DNA from: an uncultured archaeon
Lineage (GTDB): Archaea > Nanobdellota > Nanobdellia > Woesearchaeales > CAIVOO01
Reading direction: 5' to 3'
Assembly: GCA_903907555.1 (NCBI GenBank)
Contig: CAIVOO010000080.1
Coordinates: 1 to 49,353, forward strand
Length of the DNA: 49,353 bases
Shown one piece after another: positions 1-6,356 of the stretch (its first letter is position 1; the number at the start of each line of letters is the position of its first letter). The notes beneath the pieces are model-generated. The model saw nothing but the letters and a program-made list of their open reading frames with translations. It did no database searches and was not told where the DNA came from. Both the position numbers and the translations under genes were made by a program.

Positions 1-104
1 AGCTAATCATGGGGCGGGCCTCTTGGCTGGATAACTTCAGTGGCAGCTCTCTCTTCGATGCTGATTACCGTAGCATAAACAACTTTAACCGTCTTCGTGG
101 GGTA
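1..104 (+). repeat. DGR variable region (VR), possibly truncated by the window edge
   Basis: Aligns without gaps to 457-560 (offset 456) with 89/104 identical. All 15 mismatches lie at adenines of the 457-560 copy (10 A>G, 4 A>T, 1 A>C). The first non-A mismatch is at 105/561. Confidence 0.9.
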
Positions 105-275
105 CGTAGTGCGAGCGAAGCGAGCGTAGAAGCGCAAGTTGCGCCGAAGGCGCAGGACGCAAAAAAATTAGTGCATCCAGCTCTAGATGATGTTTTGGCA
201 TGCTTAGGAGATGACGTAGCTCCTTCAGTGCGTCCAAAAGTTGAAGAGAGAATACGAAAGCTATATAACATTTAA
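1..275 (+). CDS. DGR target (variable) protein, C-terminal fragment; the gene starts upstream of the window
   Basis: Frame 3 is open from the window edge to TAA 273-275, so the ATG at 9 is internal. GRASWLDNFSGSSLFDADYRSINNFNRLRG is the diversified copy of the Asn-rich TR-encoded peptide. The G-x-SW ... R-x-RG layout resembles lectin/FGE-fold DGR variable regions. Confidence 0.8.
   Translation, partial: LIMGRASWLDNFSGSSLFDADYRSINNFNRLRGVRSASEASVEAQVAPKAQDAKKLVHPALDDVLACLGDDVAPSVRPKVEERIRKLYNI
132..153 (+). promoter_or_regulatory. GC-rich stem-loops just 3' of VR (candidate DGR target-site hairpin)
   Basis: gcgcc-gaa-ggcgc (141-153) overlaps the alternative gcgc-aagtt-gcgc (132-144). Both lie in a conspicuously GC-rich block (105-160) that is absent from the TR copy. 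Confidence 0.45.
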
Positions 276-456
276 TTTTTATCTTCTTTTTTGTCTCAGA
301 GCTCCTAGTGGAGTAGTCTGGACTACATGCTCTTTTGCCATGGTTGAGGCGACTCGGCTATAAAACCTTTAATCTGGACAAGTTCTAGGTTGATAATTAC
401 AGCTGTGACAGAAAGCCTTCGAGTTTTCCTGAAACAGCGGTGCATGAGGCAATAAG

Positions 457-560
457 AGCTAATCATGGGGCGGGCCTCTTGGCTGAATAACTTCAATAAC
501 AACTCTAACTTCAATGCTAATAACCGTAACATAAACAACAATAACCGTCTTCGTGGAATA
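457..560 (+). repeat. DGR template region (TR)
   Basis: This is the adenine-rich invariant copy (37 A in 104 nt). In the VR frame it reads NNFNNNSNFNANNRNINNNN, i.e. AAY codons. It ends 28 nt before the RT ATG. Confidence 0.9.
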
Positions 561-587
561 GCCCAGGCTTTGAGATATTATAATCTC

Positions 588-1661
588 ATGGCAGCTTACA
601 GGAATTTGTGGAATGAATTGTGCAGCAGCCAGAATCTAGAGTTGGCTTTCAGGAAAGCCAGAAAGCATAAAACACTAAAAAAGTATGTGATAGATTTTGA
701 AGCGAATTTGCATGATAACCTTTCTATATTGAGAGCAGAGCTTCTGCTGCATTCATACAGTCCTAAACCTCTGGAAACTTTTATACTGCGAGATCCGAAA
801 ACCAGAAAGATAAGCAAATCAGACTTTAGGGACAGGGTTGTGCATCATGCTTTATGCAATATTCTTGAGCCTATTCTGGAAAAAGGTTTTATTTATGATT
901 CTTACGCCAACAGGATAGGTAAAGGTGCATTCAAGGCAGTGGACAGGTTTAAATTATTCTCTAAAAAAGTTTCGAGAAATAATTCTAGAAATGCCTTTGT
1001 ACTGAAAGCAGACATCAGGCATTATTTTGATACAGTAGACCACAAGATACTTCTAAGCATACTGAAAAAGAGAATTAAGGACAAAAACCTGTTGTGGCTT
1101 ATTAGAAAGATATTAAGCAATCATTCTGCAGAGAAAGGCATGCCTTTAGGCAATCTTACTTCCCAATTCTTTGCTAATGTGTATCTTAATGAACTAGACC
1201 AATTTGTAAAACATAAACTAAAAGCGAAATATTATATCAGATATGTTGATGATTTCATCATAATGCACAGCTCTTATGAGGTCTTGGAAGAATGGAAATT
1301 AAAAATAGGATTTTTTCTAAACAATCACTTATTCTTGGAATTGCATCCAGATAAATCTAAGATTGTTACCATGCATCGAGGCATAGAATTTCTGGGGTTT
1401 AACATATTAACTAACCACTTATTGCTTAAGAGAAGAAATCTGAGAAAATTTCGCAGGAAACTTATAGAAATTTGTCGCCTTCATGAGCTAAATCAAATAA
1501 GTTATGACAAAGTTTACGATTTTATGGAAGGATGGTGCGCCTACGCCAAACACGCAGACACATACAACATGAGAAAAAATATCCTAAATTCCTTCGAAGA
1601 AAAATTCTCCCAAGAAATTTCGAGCAAAGAAATTAATAGGCTTGCAGCAATAAAAAGCTAA
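588..1661 (+). CDS. DGR-type reverse transcriptase
   Basis: PLGNLTSQFFANVYL (I/LGxxxSQ signature) and YIRYVDDFIIM (YxDD catalytic box). The track ORF starts at 465 only because the TR frame runs open into the RT. ATG 588 (MAAYRNLWNEL...) is the likelier start. Confidence 0.88.
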   Translation: MAAYRNLWNELCSSQNLELAFRKARKHKTLKKYVIDFEANLHDNLSILRAELLLHSYSPKPLETFILRDPKTRKISKSDFRDRVVHHALCNILEPILEKGFIYDSYANRIGKGAFKAVDRFKLFSKKVSRNNSRNAFVLKADIRHYFDTVDHKILLSILKKRIKDKNLLWLIRKILSNHSAEKGMPLGNLTSQFFANVYLNELDQFVKHKLKAKYYIRYVDDFIIMHSSYEVLEEWKLKIGFFLNNHLFLELHPDKSKIVTMHRGIEFLGFNILTNHLLLKRRNLRKFRRKLIEICRLHELNQISYDKVYDFMEGWCAYAKHADTYNMRKNILNSFEEKFSQEISSKEINRLAAIKS

Positions 1662-1730
1662 TAGAATATTGCTATTTAGCCAGCCTAATTCAAACCGTAT
1701 AAAGCTCTAATTCGAGGCTTATAGCCATTA

Positions 1731-1752
1731 TCAGCGGTATTTTTACCGCTGA
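1731..1752. terminator. Hairpin between convergent genes (candidate bidirectional terminator)
   Basis: tcagcggta-tttt-taccgctga forms a 9-bp perfect stem. It lies 70 nt after the RT stop and overlaps the stop codon of the minus-strand gene. Confidence 0.4.
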
Positions 1753-2906
1753 CTAACCGCTGAAAGCAATTCCAGAACCTTCTCTTGAGCTTTCTTAGCA
1801 GTCAAACAAAAGCTCTTCTGCCCATCAACAAAAGGCACATACCTTTTCAGGTTAGCTTTAGAGCTAACAAAAATCCACTTATCAAAATGCTCATTAAGCC
1901 AAGAAACTTTCGATACAACCTGCTCAGAATTATTGATACCAGACTCAATCTCAATAGCCAACTTCAAGTCATCTGATACGAAAGCAACATCAGCTCTCTT
2001 GCCCTCTAAGCTGTACTCTAATTTCATGTCTTTGTGCATTTCTTTAAACAAATGCTTCATAATGAAATGATGATTACTCTCACTCTTGCTATCCTTCTTT
2101 ACATAAAATCCACTATTGCTGACTTTTCCATTAAGCTCTATGCCACGAGCAAAAATAAACCCTTGATTAGTAGCACGAATTTTCATCTCATCATCCAACT
2201 CATTAGTCCTGTAAAAATCTCTTTTCAATTTCGGACCAGAATTATCCAATTCTCTAAACTTTTTCAGAGAAATTTTCCCATCTTCAACATCTTCTCTAAC
2301 TTTAGCATAGATGATTTCAGCATCCCACTGAAGCTCAGGCTTAGTATCTAAACTGTTAGTTTGATAATAAGCTATAGCCTCTTCTCTCAATCTCTTATAC
2401 CTCTTCTGGTCACTCATGTAGTCTTCAAATTTTTCTCTAGCCTTTCTATTAACTTCATAAGCGTATTTTTTATTTAGAGGCAAGGCTTTCTCAGACTTCT
2501 TAGATTTCTTAAATTCAAACAACTCATTAACTAGCCTATCCTCTTCTTCACGACGTAAAGTTTCAACACGCAACTTCTCCAATCTCCATCTTTCTTCTGA
2601 TTCGGCAAATTCACGCATTCTCTTAGCTTCATTATCTTTTCTAAAGCTTTCTTGTAGTTCTTTTTCTGCTTCTCTTTTCTCAGACTCTAGTTTCTGCTCC
2701 TCTTGATATCTTTTCTCAATATGCTCGTGGCGTTTCTTAATTAAGAACACTAAAGCCCAAACAAACAAGATTATTACCGCAACTACACACAACACAACAA
2801 AAACATTATACCAGCTAAAAGAGGCATTAATTTCGTCAGATTTCTTTAGATAAACTATGCCTGCAAGTACAACACCCACAATGATTAACTCCATTTCGTT
2901 TTGCAT
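1743..2906 (-). CDS. Membrane-anchored coiled-coil protein with a possible C-terminal PD-(D/E)xK-like nuclease fold
   Basis: Two N-terminal hydrophobic helices are followed by ~150 aa of E/K/R-rich heptad-like sequence. The C-terminus carries HHFIMKH...RADVAFV...LAIEIESG, reminiscent of restriction-endonuclease-like cores. The family was not recognised. Confidence 0.6.
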   Translation of the reverse strand: MQNEMELIIVGVVLAGIVYLKKSDEINASFSWYNVFVVLCVVAVIILFVWALVFLIKKRHEHIEKRYQEEQKLESEKREAEKELQESFRKDNEAKRMREFAESEERWRLEKLRVETLRREEEDRLVNELFEFKKSKKSEKALPLNKKYAYEVNRKAREKFEDYMSDQKRYKRLREEAIAYYQTNSLDTKPELQWDAEIIYAKVREDVEDGKISLKKFRELDNSGPKLKRDFYRTNELDDEMKIRATNQGFIFARGIELNGKVSNSGFYVKKDSKSESNHHFIMKHLFKEMHKDMKLEYSLEGKRADVAFVSDDLKLAIEIESGINNSEQVVSKVSWLNEHFDKWIFVSSKANLKRYVPFVDGQKSFCLTAKKAQEKVLELLSAVSQR

Positions 2907-2907
2907 T

Positions 2908-4119
2908 TTACACAGTGTGATTCAATCCAATACCCTTAAGTTTCTCCATCAAAAAAGCTTGAACCTCTTTATCCTGCATCAGCATGTTCATCATTTGGTC
3001 AGAGTTGGCTCTAAGTTTCTCTTGCTGCTCTTTTCTCTCTTCTAACTCCATAGCATACTTCAAATCCAATATTCCGCCGCATTTGCTGCAGTGCTTGAAT
3101 TCATTAGAGTTTATGGTATCACAGCGAGAACAAATTCTAGGCAGCAACTTGCTTTCATCTTTCTTCTCCTCGTTCTTTATGCCATTCATAGCTAGAACTG
3201 CGTCATCAACTTCCCTGCCGCTCATGTGAACATAAGTCGAGGGCATGTCGCTTCCTTGTATCCATCCGAAATATTGATTCATCTGAAACTCTGTCAGATG
3301 ATTAGCCATATATGTAGCTCTTGAGTGTCTGAATATGTGCGGATTGAATCTTTTCTTTATGCCAACTTTCTTGAATAGATTCTCTAAAAGTTTTCTAATA
3401 GCCCCATAACACATTACCTTATTATGGTTAGTTTGTCCTATGTTAACCCATAACGGAGAATTATTGTCTTCCCTGAATGGATGACTATTAATCCATGTAG
3501 AAAGGTATGGTGTGCTTGATATCATCCTAATCTTCCTAGAGCCAGTTTTTCCTTTAACTGATATTACAACCCCATATTTGTCAAAGCTAACATTTCTTAT
3601 GCACAGATTACCAATCTCGCTAACTCTAGCTCCAGACTCCCACAACACAGAAACAAAAGCCTTATCACGAGGATGGTCTGATAACCTCACAAGTTTTTGT
3701 ACGTCATCTTCTGTGAGCAGTTCTCCTTCGCTAGGAAGCCTTTTCTCGCACCTGCTTATACCTATATTAATCCATTTCACAATATCTGGATATTCTTCAG
3801 TACCTTTGATCCATTTGTAAAATCTTCTAATAATCACCTTATACCCTTGCTTAGTCCAAGGTGACAGATTGCTTTGCTGTATCTTGCTGATAAAACTCTT
3901 AACATCTTCTATAGAAGTTTCATCGAAATCTTTACTAATTCTTTCTGCAACTATTTTCAAAGTATTAAGGTACTTCACTAATCTGGGTTTTGATATATTC
4001 TCCAAAACTAGAGCTTCATTAAACCTAAGAATCAATTCTTTATTCTTAGCTGATATCTGAGCTCCACGTACCTGGTCCAAGGCGCTTTCATACTGTTTCT
4101 CATAATTATGGATATCCAT
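2908..4119 (-). CDS. Tyrosine recombinase/integrase (XerC/D-like) with a C-terminal zinc ribbon
   Basis: WESGARVSE (box I Arg), HIFRHSRATYMANH (HxxR) and STYVHM (catalytic Tyr region), plus CSRCDTINSNEFKHCSKCGG. It lies 77 nt from the 3' end of tRNA-Ser. Confidence 0.85.
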   Translation of the reverse strand: MDIHNYEKQYESALDQVRGAQISAKNKELILRFNEALVLENISKPRLVKYLNTLKIVAERISKDFDETSIEDVKSFISKIQQSNLSPWTKQGYKVIIRRFYKWIKGTEEYPDIVKWINIGISRCEKRLPSEGELLTEDDVQKLVRLSDHPRDKAFVSVLWESGARVSEIGNLCIRNVSFDKYGVVISVKGKTGSRKIRMISSTPYLSTWINSHPFREDNNSPLWVNIGQTNHNKVMCYGAIRKLLENLFKKVGIKKRFNPHIFRHSRATYMANHLTEFQMNQYFGWIQGSDMPSTYVHMSGREVDDAVLAMNGIKNEEKKDESKLLPRICSRCDTINSNEFKHCSKCGGILDLKYAMELEERKEQQEKLRANSDQMMNMLMQDKEVQAFLMEKLKGIGLNHTV

Positions 4120-4143
4120 AGACTTACCTCTTTAGAAACAGCA

Positions 4144-4155
4144 TTTATAAATTTT
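4144..4155 (-). promoter_or_regulatory. TATA-like box upstream of the integrase
   Basis: On the minus strand this reads AAAATTTATAAA about 30 nt upstream of the ATG (4119). A GAGGT motif lies 6 nt before the ATG. Confidence 0.35.
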
Positions 4156-4196
4156 GTAGCCCAAAAGGGCCTCCGGGCGTTGCGCCCGAAGTCCTA

Positions 4197-4324
4197 CGCC
4201 GTCACCCGGACTCTCTCACTAGCGTTCGGAGCATTATCGCCCTGGGCGCTAATATTTGAACCGGGATACCCTTGCGGGAATCGGTTTTCGAGACCGACGC
4301 AGTACCGGATTGTGCCATGACGGC
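4197..4324 (-). tRNA. tRNA-Ser(CGA) with a ~44-nt non-canonical intron in the T arm
   Basis: Acceptor GCCGTCA/TGACGGC, 3-bp D stem, anticodon stem TCGGT/ACCGA with loop CTCGAAA. Long variable arm CCC-GCAA-GGG. T stem CCCGG/CCGGG with TTCAAAT, followed by 44 extra nt before the 3' T-stem strand. Confidence 0.75.
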
Positions 4325-4378
4325 ATATTGTGAATTATTTCTCATTCGCCTTAAATAAGTTTCTAGAAAAATATGAAA

Positions 4379-4393
4379 TAATGCTTCGGCCGG
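4379..4393. repeat. 15-nt direct repeat TAATGCTTCGGCCGG (copy 1; copy 2 at 4445-4459 overlaps the tRNA-Glu 3' end)
   Basis: The exact 15-mer occurs twice, 66 nt apart. The second copy covers the tRNA-Glu acceptor 3' strand plus 3 trailer nt. Confidence 0.8.
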
Positions 4394-4447
4394 CACGAGA
4401 AACCATTTCGAGATGGTTTCTGGGTCGTCCTTCGCATTACTTCGTAA

Positions 4448-4538
4448 TGCTTCGGCCGGGATTTGAACCCGGGTCGGAGCCTTTCTTCGCTTTATGCTCG
4501 AGAGGGCTCCATCCTTGGCCGGTCTAGACTACCGAAGC
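4448..4538 (-). tRNA. tRNA-Glu(CUC) with a 16-nt canonical (37/38) intron
   Basis: Acceptor GCTTCGG/CCGAAGC, anticodon stem GAGCC/GGCTC, loop CTCTCG-[AGCATAAAGCGAAGAA]-A, T arm CCGGG-TTCAAAT-CCCGG. Confidence 0.8.
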
Positions 4539-4585
4539 GGTATACGAATAGAAAAACCAAAACGTTTTTAAATTCTTCCCCTCGA

Positions 4586-4876
4586 ATGCACTTTTCTATG
4601 GATTACACAAACAAAAGAATATGTGATATTGTAGGTGAAGAGCGAATACATGAGATAGCTAAAATGTCTGTACCTTTTTTGTCTAGATTGATTTATGGCA
4701 CAGATTTTGCTGCGGAATTCCTGTCAGATGCTTTCAAGCACTGCACAGTTTCTAACCTTGAGCATTTTTATGAATCTCATTCTTGGTATTACGAGGAATA
4801 TTCAGCAAGACCGAGATATGAAAAGGTTATTGCTGCTGTAAGAAAGATTATGTCAGAAAATTGTACAGATTCCTAA
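4586..4876 (+). CDS. Hypothetical protein (96 aa)
   Basis: The track ORF 4463..4876 overlaps tRNA-Glu, so the internal ATG at 4586 (MHFSMDYTNKR...) lying after the tRNA is the plausible start. Confidence 0.5.
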   Translation: MHFSMDYTNKRICDIVGEERIHEIAKMSVPFLSRLIYGTDFAAEFLSDAFKHCTVSNLEHFYESHSWYYEEYSARPRYEKVIAAVRKIMSENCTDS

Positions 4877-4877
4877 A

Positions 4878-4950
4878 TGAGCCCAACGGGATTCGAACCC
4901 GCGACCTACCGATTAAGAGTCGGTTGCGCTAGCCGCTGCGCTATGGGCCC
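4878..4950 (-). tRNA. tRNA-Lys(CUU)
   Basis: GGGCCCA acceptor, anticodon stem ACCGA/TCGGT with loop CTCTTAA, T arm GCGGG-TTCGAAT-CCCGT. 73 nt with no intron. Confidence 0.85.
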
Positions 4951-5007
4951 TTATCTATGAATTTTCCTAGGTAATATTTAAATACCTTTCTATGCGGTTA
5001 GCTTAAA

Positions 5008-6144
5008 ATGAAGATTAAGCCTACTGGGTACTATTCATGGAAAACTGACGATTTTAAGCTAGCTAAGGGCTGCCAGCTGTGCGTCAAGGGCAGTAAGATG
5101 GTTCTTTTCGCTACAGGAATATGTCCGAGGCATTGTTTCTATTGTCCTGTTTCTGAAAAAAAGCATCAGAAAGATGTTGTTTATGCAAATGAGTGGAAGA
5201 TTTCTTCTGACAAAGACATGATTGAGGAATGTATCTTGACAGAAGCCAAAGGTTCAGGCATCACTGGTGGAGATCCATTGGCAAGACTGCCAAGAGTTTT
5301 GAAATATATCGGGATGTTAAAGAAGAAATTCGGAAAAAACTTTCACATACATCTTTACACACCTCCTGATTTGCTTTCAATCCCGACATTAAAGAAGTTG
5401 TATTCTGCAGGGCTTGATGAAATTCGCGTTCATCCAGATATTTTCAGCAATAAATTGTGGCACAAGGTTGATTTGCTGAAGAAATTCAAGTGGTCTGTCG
5501 GAATGGAGATACCTGTGCTTCCTGACGCTGAAAAACAATTATCCAACCTAATCTTTAATATGATTGGAAAAGTTGATTTCATCAACTTAAACGAACTCGA
5601 AATCTCAGATACTAATGCGCAGAATCTTGTGGGAAGAGGATATTTTCCGAAAGACAAGATATCTTATGGAGTAAAAGGCTGCGACAAGCTTGCAAAAAAG
5701 CTAATGAAAAAATTTGGAGACAAGATTCCAATACATTATTGCACATGCAAGCTGAAAGATAAGGTGCAGATGGCAAACAGAATCAAAATTAGAGCGAAAA
5801 ATGTCGCAAAGAAGTTTGATATTGTGACTAATGAAGGCATGCTGATTCGCGGAGCAATCTATCTGCCGAAAATCCTTCCGGGTTTTGATTATGAAAAGCG
5901 TTTGTTGAAAGTAAATAACATAATTACATTGAAAAAGTTGAATAAAACAAAAAATGAGCTTGCCAAGAATTTTAAGATTCCAAAAAACTTGCTAGATGTA
6001 GATGAAAAAAGATATCGTTTGCTCACTAACATAGGTGTGGTAGAGCATTTAGCAAAAGTATTAAAAAAGATGAATCTTGTTCCAGCAATAGTTGAAGAAT
6101 ATCCGACGTGGGACGCAATACAGCTGGATATCACATTCATTTAG
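5008..6144 (+). CDS. Radical SAM domain protein
   Basis: CPRHCFYC (CxxxCxxC) cluster motif near the N-terminus, and a GGDPL-type motif. Confidence 0.8.
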   Translation: MKIKPTGYYSWKTDDFKLAKGCQLCVKGSKMVLFATGICPRHCFYCPVSEKKHQKDVVYANEWKISSDKDMIEECILTEAKGSGITGGDPLARLPRVLKYIGMLKKKFGKNFHIHLYTPPDLLSIPTLKKLYSAGLDEIRVHPDIFSNKLWHKVDLLKKFKWSVGMEIPVLPDAEKQLSNLIFNMIGKVDFINLNELEISDTNAQNLVGRGYFPKDKISYGVKGCDKLAKKLMKKFGDKIPIHYCTCKLKDKVQMANRIKIRAKNVAKKFDIVTNEGMLIRGAIYLPKILPGFDYEKRLLKVNNIITLKKLNKTKNELAKNFKIPKNLLDVDEKRYRLLTNIGVVEHLAKVLKKMNLVPAIVEEYPTWDAIQLDITFI

Positions 6145-6216
6145 GGCCCGTGGTCTAGTGGCTATGACGCAACATTCACACTGTTGAGATCCGGAGTTCG
6201 AATCTCCGCGGGCCCA
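6144..6216 (+). tRNA. tRNA-Val(CAC)
   Basis: GGGCCCG/CGGGCCC acceptor, anticodon stem CAACA/TGTTG with loop TTCACAC, T arm CGGAG-TTCGAAT-CTCCG. Confidence 0.85.
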
Positions 6217-6356
6217 TTATTGTATTATGAATGATTTTTTTTCTTAAAAGTGTGGGCGGCTGTCGAAGTATTGTTTAATGTTTATTCTAAGCCCCCACGT
6301 CCCCCTTTATGTATTTTAAAAGACACATTTAAAAACACTAAAATCTCACCATCTTC

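Larger units (their letters stand above)
1..1661 (+). mobile_element. Diversity-generating retroelement (DGR) cassette: target gene 3' end with VR, TR, reverse transcriptase
   Basis: A VR/TR repeat pair with adenine-only mismatches sits next to an RT carrying the DGR-typical LGxxxSQ and YVDD motifs, all on one strand in the order target-TR-RT. Confidence 0.88.

Noticed and set aside
9-275. An 88-aa stand-alone ORF starting at ATG 9
   Set aside because: The same frame is open back to the first base of the window, and the ATG lies inside the VR/TR homology. This is the 3' end of a larger gene, not an independent small gene.
323-541. A 72-aa minus-strand ORF between the target gene and the RT, considered as a possible Avd-like accessory gene
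   Set aside because: It overlaps the TR on the opposite strand, has a Leu/Arg/Cys-rich low-complexity composition and has no SD or promoter. It is not consistent with a helical Avd.
465-587. Asn-rich N-terminal extension of the RT (MGRASWLNNFNNNSNFNANNRNINNNN...) in the 398-aa track ORF
   Set aside because: This stretch is the TR itself read in the target-gene frame, which happens to stay open into the RT. The conserved RT sequence begins after ATG 588, so it is treated as an ORF-calling artefact, although it is noted as something to verify.
4394-4444. The 51-nt segment between the 15-nt repeats considered as a split-tRNA 3' half
   Set aside because: It lacks a T loop and T stem and has no strand able to pair with an acceptor 5' half. 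Only the last ~12 nt resemble a tRNA.
4108-4527. Track ORFs 4108..4320, 4202..4396 and 4330..4527
   Set aside because: All three lie across the tRNA-Ser/tRNA-Glu genes and their GC-rich trailers; the open frames are by-products of the structured-RNA sequence. The same applies to 27323..27529 over tRNA-Gly.
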